This document shows, piece by piece, positions 17,288 through 26,500 of a stretch of DNA of 64,000 nt; positions within the stretch are counted from its first letter, which is position 1; each line of letters starts with the position of its first letter. The DNA lies in NCBI GenBank assembly GCA_963738245.1, contig CAVTWB010000012.1, positions 295,921-359,920 of the forward strand, given 5' to 3'. Origin of the DNA: an uncultured Verrucomicrobiae bacterium. Its GTDB lineage: Bacteria; Verrucomicrobiota; Verrucomicrobiia; Limisphaerales; UBA11358. The translations under genes were made by a program, and so were the position numbers. The notes below the pieces were generated by a model that did not search any database, was not told the origin of the DNA, and worked only from the letters and a program-made list of their open reading frames with translations.

Positions 17288-19693
17288 ATGGAACAACGGA
17301 TTTTGAATCTGCTCGCGCAAAAGGACTACGTCCCATTGAGCGCGGAAAATTTGCAGCGGCACCTGCGCGTGCCGCCAGATCGCGAGCCGGAGTTTACCCG
17401 CGCACTCCGCAAGCTGGAGCGCGACGGCGCAATTGCGCTCATCAAGGCCAGCCGCTACGTCCGCACCACCGACGCCGATTTGATTCCCGGCCGCATCCGC
17501 ATGAACCGCGCCGGCAAGGGTTTTCTCCAGCCGGACGATTCGAGCCTCAAGGAAATCGCCATTGCCGAAAGCGCCACCGGCACGGCGTTGCACGAGGACC
17601 GCGTGCTGGTGCGCCGCGCGCCGCGCGGCAAATATTTTCGCGAAGGCGACCAGGAAACCGGCACGGTTGTCCGCATTCTCGAACGCACCCGCACGCAGAT
17701 TGTCGGCACGCTCCAGCAGGGCCGCGCGTCGCTGCACGTCATTCCCGACGACCCGCGCATCCCGCACGACATTCTCGTGCCGCCGGCGCACGACGTGGGC
17801 CGGCCCGCGCGCATCGGCGACAAGGTCGTGGTCGAGCTGCGCGAATGGGAATGGCGCAATTCCAATCCCGAAGGTGAAATCGTCGAAGTCCTCGGCGCGC
17901 CCGATGAAGAAGGCGTGGACATGCTGTCCGTGCTGCGCCAATACAATTTGCCGCTGCATTTTCCCAAGGCGGTGCTCGCCGAGGCGCACGCCATCGGCTC
18001 GGTGGTTCACGAAAAGGATCTGGCCGGCCGTCTCGATTGCCGCGCGCACAATGTCGTCACGATTGATCCCGACGACGCGAAGGATTTCGACGACGCGATC
18101 TGTCTCGAAAAAGTTTCGCCGGAGCAATGGCGGCTGTGGGTGCACATCGCGGACGTGTCGCATTACGTCAAGCCCGGCACCGCGCTCGACGCCGAGGCGC
18201 AGAAGCGCGGCAACTCCACCTATCTCGTGGACCGCGTCATCCCGATGCTGCCGGAGGCGTTGAGCAACGAACTCTGCTCGCTCAAGCCGAACGTGGACCG
18301 GCTGACGAAGTGCGTGGAATTTCTCGTGTCGCATGACGGCCGCGTGTTGAGCACCAAGTTTCATTCCGCCGTCATCCATTCGCAACGCCGCTTCGCCTAC
18401 GCGCAGGTGCTGGAGATTTTGCAACGCGCGCCGACGGACGATCCGATTGAGCAGATGCTGCATCAGGCGCACGAGCTGGCGCAAAAAATCCGCCGCGCAC
18501 GCTTCAAGAACGGTTCGCTCGAACTGGATTTTCCCGAAATGAAAATCCGGCTGGACGAGCAGGGAAAAATTTTGCGCATCGAGAAAAACGAGAACGACGT
18601 GTCGCACCAGTTGATCGAGGAATACATGCTGCTCGCCAACGAGGCCGTCGCAACGCGCCTGATGAGCTTGCAGACGCCGGCGATTTACCGCATCCACGAG
18701 GAGCCGGACGCGCGCCGCCTGCAGGAATACCGGCAGGAAGTTCTGGCGTATCACGTCCCGTGCGGCAACCTGAACCAGCCCGCCGAGGTGCAGAAGCTGT
18801 TGTCGAAGCTCGGCACGCTGCCGATCGGCGCGGCGCTGAAGATCGGCTTTCTCAAATCGCTCATGCGGGCGCGTTACGCGGTCGAGCCGCTCGGCCATTA
18901 CGGGCTGGCCAAGAAAAAATACACGCACTTCACCTCGCCCATCCGCCGCTACGCCGACCTCGTGGTGCATCGCGCGTTGTTTGACAAAAATGCGCCGAAG
19001 GCAGGCGCGCTCAAGCCGATTGCCGAACACATTTCCGTCACCGAACGCAATTCCGCCGACGCCGAGCGCGACAGCAAGGACGTGAAGTTATACGCATTCC
19101 TGAACGCGCAGCTCGAATCCGGCGACCCGGTGAAATATCCCGCGCTCGTGACCGACGTGCGGAACTTCGGTTTCTTCGTGGACGTGCCCGGCCTCGCGAT
19201 GAGCGGCCTCGTGCCGTTGTCGCTGGTGGAGGAGGATTTTTTTGTGTTCGACGAGGCGCGGCGCAACCTGGTGGGCCGCCGCACGCGCCGGATCATCCGG
19301 CTTGGCGACAAAGTCACCGTGCAGGTCGCGCGCGTGGACAAATTCAAGAAGCAGGTGGATTTCCAACTGGCCGTCGCGGAAGGCAAAGCATCTTCGATGC
19401 GGCCACCGGCACCACGGCCAAATGCCGCGCGTCCGCAGCAATTTCGGCAGCAGACACGAAACATCAGCAATCATCGCGGCAGGATTCAAAACGTCCGCCG
19501 TCGTCAATCGGAAGTTCGCGCCGGCAGGATTCGCGTCCGGGCAAATCGCAGAATGCCCGCCAGTCAAACGAGCGTCCGCAAAACCCCAAGCCGGCCGCTG
19601 TTTCAAACTTCCGGCTCCCAGTTTTCCACCACGCAACGCCCGCTGATCAAAGCCAGCAGCAGCCGGAGTTTTTCAAAGCGCCGTCCGCGATAG
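17288..19693 (+). CDS. rnr: ribonuclease R
   Basis: RNB catalytic core VTIDPDDAKDFDDAI and YLVDRVIPMLPEALSNELCSL. S1 domain GFFVDVPGLAMSGLVPLS. Basic C-terminal tail. The start could be 17246 or MEQRILNLL at 17288. Confidence 0.9.
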   Translation: MEQRILNLLAQKDYVPLSAENLQRHLRVPPDREPEFTRALRKLERDGAIALIKASRYVRTTDADLIPGRIRMNRAGKGFLQPDDSSLKEIAIAESATGTALHEDRVLVRRAPRGKYFREGDQETGTVVRILERTRTQIVGTLQQGRASLHVIPDDPRIPHDILVPPAHDVGRPARIGDKVVVELREWEWRNSNPEGEIVEVLGAPDEEGVDMLSVLRQYNLPLHFPKAVLAEAHAIGSVVHEKDLAGRLDCRAHNVVTIDPDDAKDFDDAICLEKVSPEQWRLWVHIADVSHYVKPGTALDAEAQKRGNSTYLVDRVIPMLPEALSNELCSLKPNVDRLTKCVEFLVSHDGRVLSTKFHSAVIHSQRRFAYAQVLEILQRAPTDDPIEQMLHQAHELAQKIRRARFKNGSLELDFPEMKIRLDEQGKILRIEKNENDVSHQLIEEYMLLANEAVATRLMSLQTPAIYRIHEEPDARRLQEYRQEVLAYHVPCGNLNQPAEVQKLLSKLGTLPIGAALKIGFLKSLMRARYAVEPLGHYGLAKKKYTHFTSPIRRYADLVVHRALFDKNAPKAGALKPIAEHISVTERNSADAERDSKDVKLYAFLNAQLESGDPVKYPALVTDVRNFGFFVDVPGLAMSGLVPLSLVEEDFFVFDEARRNLVGRRTRRIIRLGDKVTVQVARVDKFKKQVDFQLAVAEGKASSMRPPAPRPNAARPQQFRQQTRNISNHRGRIQNVRRRQSEVRAGRIRVRANRRMPASQTSVRKTPSRPLFQTSGSQFSTTQRPLIKASSSRSFSKRRPR

Positions 19694-19817
19694 TTTTTGA
19701 TGGGTCCGAAAGCAGGCTGGCGATTTATTTTTACATCCGCCGCGCGCGCCGCCGCCATGCAGGCGATTTACGAAGCCGCCCGCGAACACAAGTGGGTCAG
19801 CGTCGTTTGGGTCTGCC

Positions 19818-20005
19818 GTGTCTCGAAGAGACGAAACGATAATAGCCCGGCGTTTTAACGCCGGGGATGCCGTGGAATATCCGAGTCCCGCAGAGACGAC
19901 CGAAAACGTCTGCCGTCCCTGCGGGACTCGAATTGTTTATGGATTGTTCCCGGCATTAAAATGCCGGGCTATTTTCAGGGGTTCCTTCGGAACCGGCTTT
20001 TGCAG
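19818..20005. repeat. REP-like hairpin cluster
   Basis: CCCGGCGTT-tt-AACGCCGGG, AGTCCCGCAG..CTGCGGGACT, CCCGGCATT-aa-AATGCCGGG. Confidence 0.55.
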
Positions 20006-20368
20006 CTAATACACCAGCACCAACACCGCCGCAGCCTGCGCCGACTTCACCACATCCTCAAACTTCTCATCTGCCGTGTTCGGCGCTTTGAGTTTGGCAT
20101 CCACGTCCGGCACCGATTCCAGGAAGCTCAACAGCAGGCTGCTCTTGACCGCGTAATTCACATTCTCCGGCAACGCCCCGCTCGCCGCCAGCGCCGTGAC
20201 GCATCCAGCTTGGCCGACACGATGCTGATGACGTTGCCCCGCTCATCCACCAGCGCCCCGCCCGAATTGCCCGGCTGCACCGGCACGCTGATTTGAAAAT
20301 AGCGCGGGTCATCCCCCACGCCGGACAGCGACGCGATTTCCCCCTTGGCCAGTTTGGGCGAAAATAAT
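20006..20368 (-). pseudogene. 3' fragment of a trypsin-like (S1C) serine protease; 5' half missing and one internal frameshift
   Basis: Own translation: KLAKGEIASLSGVGDDPRYFQISVPVQPGNSGGALVDERGNVISIVSAKLDA, then a frame change near 20195-20206 to TALAASGALPENVNYAVKSSLLLSFLESVP..VLVLVY-stop. No His/Asp catalytic half upstream. Confidence 0.65.
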
Positions 20369-20376
20369 TTGAAAAT

Positions 20377-21075
20377 TCAGTCTGATGGATTGTTTTCGAA
20401 CTTCTGCTTAAACACATCAATCCATTTTTCTTCATTCCTATAAACTGTGGAGGGATTGATTTCGATTGTAGCAATGTCGCGTAATTTCTCTTTAATTTTT
20501 TCAAACCGAGCACTCGGCATTGTCTGACTGATTGTAATTTTTGTGATTATCGTCTCAATGTTATCAATCTTTATCTCATGGTGATTTTTATCTCCCTCCC
20601 AAATGACTCGGAATTCCTTTTCAAATCTATAAGGCCATCGTTTTATAAATGGAAGCATTTCAACGCAGTCATCTATTGTTCCATCATTAATTTCTTCAAA
20701 TCTCTTATACACAACTGAACCGAATCTCAAATTATCACCATCGTTTTTGCGTGAAAATAACAATTTTATTAGTTCGGTTTTGTCGAATTCAATGCAGCAT
20801 CCAGATATTCCATTTGCAAAAGCCTTCCAGTGATGAATTGTTTCGTGTTCCTTAAGAAAACATAGTGCTAAAAGACTTTTTGCAGGTTCAGATTGGCTGC
20901 AACTACTTATCTTTCTTTTTCGATAAATCTCCAAAAGTTCTGTATCGTTTTCATCATCCCAAAATTTTGGATCTGAAAAAACAAGACTCTTTTTTTTCAA
21001 CATGCGCAACAATACTGGAAGCGTTGTAAATCTGTTTAATTTTGTGAAAGCGGTTTCGGTTGACATATAGCGCAA
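20377..21075 (-). CDS. DUF2971-like protein
   Basis: N-terminal LNRFTTLPVLLRMLKKKSLVFSDPKFWDDENDTE and central LCFLKEHETIHHWKAFANGISGCCIEF resemble DUF2971 signature blocks (from memory, no HMM run). Confidence 0.55.
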   Translation of the reverse strand: MRYMSTETAFTKLNRFTTLPVLLRMLKKKSLVFSDPKFWDDENDTELLEIYRKRKISSCSQSEPAKSLLALCFLKEHETIHHWKAFANGISGCCIEFDKTELIKLLFSRKNDGDNLRFGSVVYKRFEEINDGTIDDCVEMLPFIKRWPYRFEKEFRVIWEGDKNHHEIKIDNIETIITKITISQTMPSARFEKIKEKLRDIATIEINPSTVYRNEEKWIDVFKQKFENNPSD

Positions 21076-21078
21076 ATG

Positions 21079-22221
21079 TTATGGAGCTGGAAACTGAACT
21101 GCCACGTTAGAAGAATTTGCTGTGATGAGGTTGTCATTACTCAACATCACTTGCATCTCCGATTTTCCGTCTGAATGAACTCGAACCAGCCAAAAATACT
21201 CTTCAGTCTTGTCTGAAACTTCTCTTTGAGCTTGCGCTACTAAAAAAAATTCGCCTTTTGTGGGTAATTGAAATAAAAACTTTCCATCTGCATCCGTTTT
21301 AGCTAATGCGATTGGAGTTGGCAAATTGCCAAAATAAATTGGGGTTGTGGATACCAACTCTGCAACTCATCTCGTATGGTTTGCAATTCGTCTGTTACAG
21401 TTTTCAATTCGTCGTTTATGGGTTCCAATGAGCATCTAAAGGCAATTTTTGGTTTGTTAACTGGCCTTCTAAACGAGGAACTAACTCGGCTAATTTGGCT
21501 TCTAAAACCTCTTGAGAATTTGTGTAGCCATCGGATTCGTCACTGGTCTTTTGCCATTCTTGGCGCAAGCGGTCTTCTTCGCTAACTTGCTTTAAATAGT
21601 CAGGATATAATCGCTCATGTGACGAGTCCCATTTCGACTGCATTTCCAAAATCGTTTTTTTCTTACTTTCCAGCTTTTGCGCCTCCTCTTGCATCGAGGC
21701 CAATAAAGAACTATCACCATGTTCGCTATACCAAACATAGCTTCCAAAGTGGTTTCATTACACCGTAAATCTGGCCGGTTAAATCCCACCTACTTTCTTT
21801 TTATCGGACCAAATCTTGGCATATTGGATTTTCAAGTGTCCAGTCAAAAGTAGCATTATTATATTTCTCTCTGATGCGTTCTTGTTGTTGCTTTATTTCA
21901 TTTGTAGATTTGTCTTCCAAATCGGCCTCGTCTTTTTCCAAATCAGCTTTCGTCTTTTCCAAGCTATCTCTCTTATTTTCTAAATCGTTTTTTGATTTTT
22001 TTTAATCAGCCCTGTTTTTTTCAAGTAGGCCGTAGTTATTGCATTGCATGATTCAATTTGCTGTTGGTCAAAAATGGAAATTGGAACAAGATAACGCTTT
22101 AGATTTTCACCGCTTTTCGTTACAATGAAAACACTTCCGTCAATTTTTTCTTCCCTCGGGGAACAGCCAGCAAAAGCAATGAAATAAGAAAAAGACCAAT
22201 AAACAATCTTGCAAATTTCAT
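21079..22221 (-). pseudogene. decayed lipoprotein gene (signal peptide, coiled coil, carboxypeptidase-regulatory-like C-terminus) split over at least 5 frames
   Basis: MKFARLFIGLF at 22221 joins ..YFIAFAGCSPREEKIDG (lipobox) only via a frame change in a T-run. KNDLENKRDSLEKTKADLEKDEADLEDK, MASMQEEAQKLESKKK.. and TDADGKFLFQLPTKGEFFLVA follow in other frames. Confidence 0.55.
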
Positions 22222-22372
22222 ATTGATTTGCAGATTGAAACGCCAATTGCCCCAATCGTCCATCCCAAAATGAAAACCGGAAAAGAGACCGCTGCCCCTG
22301 CGGAATTCAGATTGCGCTGTCAATAAAACAGACAACCCTGTTCCAACCTTTGGACACCGGGGCCATTTCCAT

Positions 22373-22640
22373 GACCATGGAAAACATTTCGTTGACCATG
22401 GAGCTTGGAAATGGTCATCGGAAACTTTCGTTGACCATCGGAGCCGTGGAAATGGTCATGGAAATCTTTTCCTTGACCATGGAAACTTTCAATGGTCATG
22501 GAAATGTTTTCGTTGACCATGGGAACCTTTTAAATGGTCATGGAAATGGTTTCGTTGATCATGTAAACCGTTTACATGGTCATGGAAATGTTTTCCTTGG
22601 TCATGGAAACCTTTTGGATTTCTTGGTCATCGAAATGGCC
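22373..22640. repeat. 13 tandem units of about 21 bp, consensus G[AG][CT]CATGGAAA(C/T)nTTTCnnT
   Basis: Core starts at 22373, 22394, 22413, 22433, 22454, 22475, 22494, 22515, 22536, 22557, 22578, 22599, 22625. Units alternate TGACCAT and its complement ATGGTCA. Confidence 0.85.
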
Positions 22641-22908
22641 TGAAACCCTCCCCCCCCTTGCTTCAAAGCGGGATTTTGCCATCACAACACATTTTTAACC
22701 AGTAAAACGGGCGTTTGCTGACGTTTACGAAACATTTATAGAAGTAATTACGATAAGGAATTAACAGATTAACAGGCTGGATGTGGAATGGTGCAAATGT
22801 GAATGGCATAGCCTGATGCTAACGAGCAGTCATTAAGGTTCAACAACTGAACCGAGGAAAAAATAAAAATGAAATAAAGATTAAAACACGAAATCGAAAA
22901 TAAAAACT

Positions 22909-23531
22909 ATGAATGTGAAACCTGCCATCGGATGGCTTAATACCGACAGCGACGAACTGCTGATCAATGATGTCAGCGTGGTCTTGAAGGCCCTGGCCGA
23001 CAACGTCGCCATCTACAAACTGCCCGACCCGCCATTGGCGGACGTCCAGCTCGCGCTGGACAATTCTCCACGGTGGTTCACATGGTGGGCCGCAGCCCGG
23101 CGGACAACATCAACAAAGACAACCTGCGCCTGGTGCTCACCAAGCTCGTGCGCTCGCTTTCGTATTATGTGGCCAAGGCGTGCAACGGCAGCATGGCGAA
23201 CCTGATTTTGAGCGGGTTTCCGCCCCAAAAGAGGCAAGGGCCAGCCCGTTGGCATACCGGCCCAGCCGCAAGGCCTCGTGGTCAAGCATGGCGACCCATC
23301 TCGGCGAGCTGGCGGCCAGGGTCAACCCGGTCTTTGGCGCGGTCCATCTACAACTACCGCCTGACGGCGAACACGCCCGGGGCGGTGCCGGTGATCGTGC
23401 AGGACACGGCGTCCATCCACACGTTTGAGGGCCTGATTTCCGGCGTGAAATACACCATTGATGTCAGTGCGTCGGGCACGGGCGGCACCATGAGCGACTG
23501 GAGCGGTGCGATCAGCCTGACCGCCGATTAA
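22909..23531 (+). pseudogene. decayed gene for a protein with a C-terminal fibronectin-type-III-like domain (about 4 frame changes)
   Basis: MNVKPAIGWLNTDSDELL..LALDN, then (about 23064) FSTVVHMVGRSPADNINKDNLRLVL..SGF, then KGQPVGIPAQPQGLVVKHGDP, then GELAARVNPVFGA, then IYNYRLTANTPG..GVKYTIDVSASGTGG..SDWSGAISLTAD-stop, using all three frames. Confidence 0.55.
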
Positions 23532-23576
23532 ACATTCTGTCTCCCATGCGCGCGCCGGATCAGTTCCGGCGCGTTT

Positions 23577-26500
23577 TTATTCACCATCATTGTTGCCGCC
23601 GTTTTTCTTTTCCCAACTGCGCCGCGCCTTTTCCGGCAGGCTGGTGTCCACTTTCGCGTAGTAAGTCTCCTCGCCGAACAGCTTGTTGGCGGCGTGCTCC
23701 AGTTCCAGCGACGGCGCGACGCTGAACCGCTCGTTCGTGTCCATGAAAACCGTTCCGCCGCCCGGTCGCATGAAGCACAACAGCAACGGGCATTTGCCGG
23801 GATGCGCGGCGACGAGTTCCTGAATCTTGATCATGTCGTCCGGCTGCAGATGCGCCGAGTGCAGGCGCAGATGAACCTGCTTGGTGTATTTTTTCGGCGC
23901 GTCGGTGAGCGGCAGGATTTCCTGCGGGAAAATCTTCGGCTTGTCCTCGCCGGTGCTGACTTCGCCGATGACGAGAATCGCCTTGTTCGCTTCGAGCAGC
24001 GGACGGAACTTGTCGTAGTCGTTCATCACGAGCAGTTGCACCGAGCCTTCCAAATCCTCCAGCGTCACCATCGAATACGGCTTGCCGGATTTTTTGGAGA
24101 AGCCGTGCGTGACCGCCGCGATCATGCCGCCGATGCGCGTCAAACTGCGGTTCGGCAGCTCGGCGAGCTTCGCGGTGTTCGTGAGCGAATATTTTTCCAG
24201 CAGCGGCACCAGCGGCGTCAGCGGATGGCCGGTGACGTAAAATCCGAGCAGCTCTTTTTCGTGCGCGAGCAGTTCGTGCTGCGGCCATTCCGGCAGATTG
24301 GAAATCGCCTCCGGCATCGGCGGCGCTTTTTCTTCCAGCGCGCCGAAGAGCGAGCTTTGCCCTTTTTGCTTGTCGGACAAAATGCTCGCCGCGCGCGCCA
24401 TCGTGCGCTCGATTTGTGCGAACAGCGTCGCCCGCGACTGGCCGAAACAATCGCACGCGCCGGTTTTGATCAATGCTTCCAACGGTTTTCGCGTGAGCGT
24501 GCGCCCGTCCACACGCTCGCACAAGTTCGGAAAGCGTCTTGAATTTTCCGCCTTCGTTGCGCGCCTTCAAGATGGTTTCAACGGCGGCCTCGCCCACGCC
24601 CTTGATGGCCGCGATGCCGAAACGGATGCGCTGTTGTGATAGTGGGACAGGCGTCCCGCCTGTCGTGTTGCCTTGGTATTTATCTTTGGAACTGGACAGG
24701 CGGGACGCCTGTCCCACTATGGCTGCGGGCAGGCTCGCAGTCATTCCTGCTCCGAGTCGGAAATTTTTTCCAGACAAACCGGCCTTGCTTGGATTTTCCT
24801 GAATATAGTGTCCGAATTTTTCCAGGCTGGCCTCATCGCGGACAATGTGATCGAAAGATTCGTCCTGCCAGAATTCGCCTTCGCGCCCCAGAAACTTGTT
24901 GGCCTCGTGGGCCGTAAATGATTTCCAAGCGTGCAAAATATCGGAGAGCTTGTGTTCCATCAGCGGCCGGACGATGAGGTGGACATGGTTTGGCATGATG
25001 ACGTAGCTGCCCAAAACATAGCGCTCGCCATCGAAATGGCGCAAGGCATTCTCGACCATGTCAGCCACATCGGGATTTTTCAGCCAGCACGCACCGTGAG
25101 CGTCATCCAACTGCGACTCCATCTGTTCGCGGAATTCTTCCATGACGGGTTCGGAGGCTGCACCGGCGGTGCGCACCGCCGCTTCGCGTTCCTGCTTCCA
25201 TCGGATGTAAACTTCGTTCGGCAGCGAATCAGCCAGCCGGAATGTTACGAAATAGGTTGCCCCGTCCTGCCGCCAATGCGGCAGGTGCCGGCTTTCAATG
25301 CTCGCAGGACGGGATTTGTCGAAGGGCGTGAACGGCAGTGGGACGGGCTGTAGTGGGACAGGCGTCCCGCCTGTCGAGTTCGTGTTTTGGAGTTTTCCTT
25401 TTTCAAAATCTTCTTTGGAACTGGACAGGCGGGACGCCTGTCCCACTACCGATGCGGGCGCAAAAAACACGCCGCTCTCGTTCACGTCCGGGCCGAGCAC
25501 CTCGATGTCGAACTCGCGCGCCTCGGCGATGTATTCGGCGAGCTTGTCCGTGTTCGCCATGTCGTTCGTCATCATGGCGCAGAAAAATTCCACCGGATAA
25601 TTCGCCTTCAGATACGCGGTCTGATACGCGACGATGGCATACGCGGCGGCGTGCGATTTGTTGAAACCGTAGCCGGCGAATTTTTCCAGCAAGTCGAAAA
25701 TTTGGTTTGCCTTCGTCTTCGGAATATTGTTTTTCTCGTGGCAGCCCTTGACGAAATCCTCGCGCTGCTTGGCCATTTCCTCGACCTTTTTCTTGCCCAT
25801 CGCGCGCCGCAGCAAATCCGCCTTGCCGAGCGAGTAGCCGGCGAGCAACTGCGTCGCCTGCATCACCTGCTCCTGATAAATCAGGATGCCGTAGGTCTCC
25901 TTGGAAATGGATTCGAGCAGCGGATGCTCGTATTTGATCTCGATCTCGCCGTGGCGGCGCTTGATGAAATCAGGAATCAGATCCATCGGGCCGGGCCGAT
26001 ACAGCGCGACGAGCGCCGTGATGTGCTCGACGGAACTGATCTGGAATTTTTTGCACAGGTCGCGCATCCCGCCGGATTCCAACTGGAACACGCCGAGCGT
26101 TTCCGCGCGGTTCAGCAGGTCGTAGGTTTTTTTGTCGTCGAGCGGCAACTGGTCAATGTTGATCTGCACGCCGTGCGTTTGCTTGACCATCTCGCAGGTG
26201 TTGCGGATGACGGTCAACGTTTTCAGCCCGAGAAAATCCATCTTCAGCAGGCCGAGGTCGCCGACGGGATTCATCGCGTATTGCGTGACGATGCCGCCAT
26301 GTTCGTCCAGCTTGAGCGGCAGCAAATTCACCAGCGGCTGGTCGCCGATGACCACGCCGGCCGCATGAACACTGGCATTGCGCGTGAGGTCTTCGAGGAT
26401 GAGCGCGGTGTCAATCAGCTCGCGCGTGACTTCTTCGGTCTCGTAAGCCTCCTTGAATTCCGGCGACTGCTTGAGCGCCTTCGTCAAATCCATTTTCAGA

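Larger units (their letters stand above)
20369..22900. other. low-GC island (visibly AT-rich versus flanks) carrying DUF2971, a decayed lipoprotein gene and a 21-bp repeat array
   Basis: Abrupt compositional change at about 20369, where the protease reading frame ends. GC rises again near 22900. Confidence 0.6.
24640..25449 (-). mobile_element. in-frame cassette 2: palindrome + Y1 HUH (RAYT/IS200-like) transposase domain + palindrome
   Basis: LPFTPFDKSRPASIESRHLPHWRQDGATYFVTFRL .. YVIMPNHVHLIV (HUH) .. EFWQDESFDHIVR .. FGHYIQENPSKAG. No stop codon. 810 nt. Confidence 0.8.

Noticed and set aside
19757-19845. Short ORF MQAIYEAAREHKWVSVVWVCRVSKRRNDNS downstream of rnr
   Set aside because: It is under 30 codons, runs into a REP-like hairpin and has no motif. 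It may be a gene remnant, but this cannot be supported.
22373-22640. CRISPR array (also considered for 13060-13248)
   Set aside because: The units are 21 bp with no alternating unique spacers of 25-40 bp. The 13060 array has only a 7-nt conserved box. No cas genes are in the window.
22320-22643. His/Gly-rich ORFs on both strands of the 21-bp array (22350..22643 plus, 22320..22520 minus)
   Set aside because: Both strands are open only because the repeat unit lacks stop triplets. There is no RBS-like sequence or non-repetitive domain. They are treated as non-coding, although a translated His-rich repeat is not strictly excluded (see the finding).
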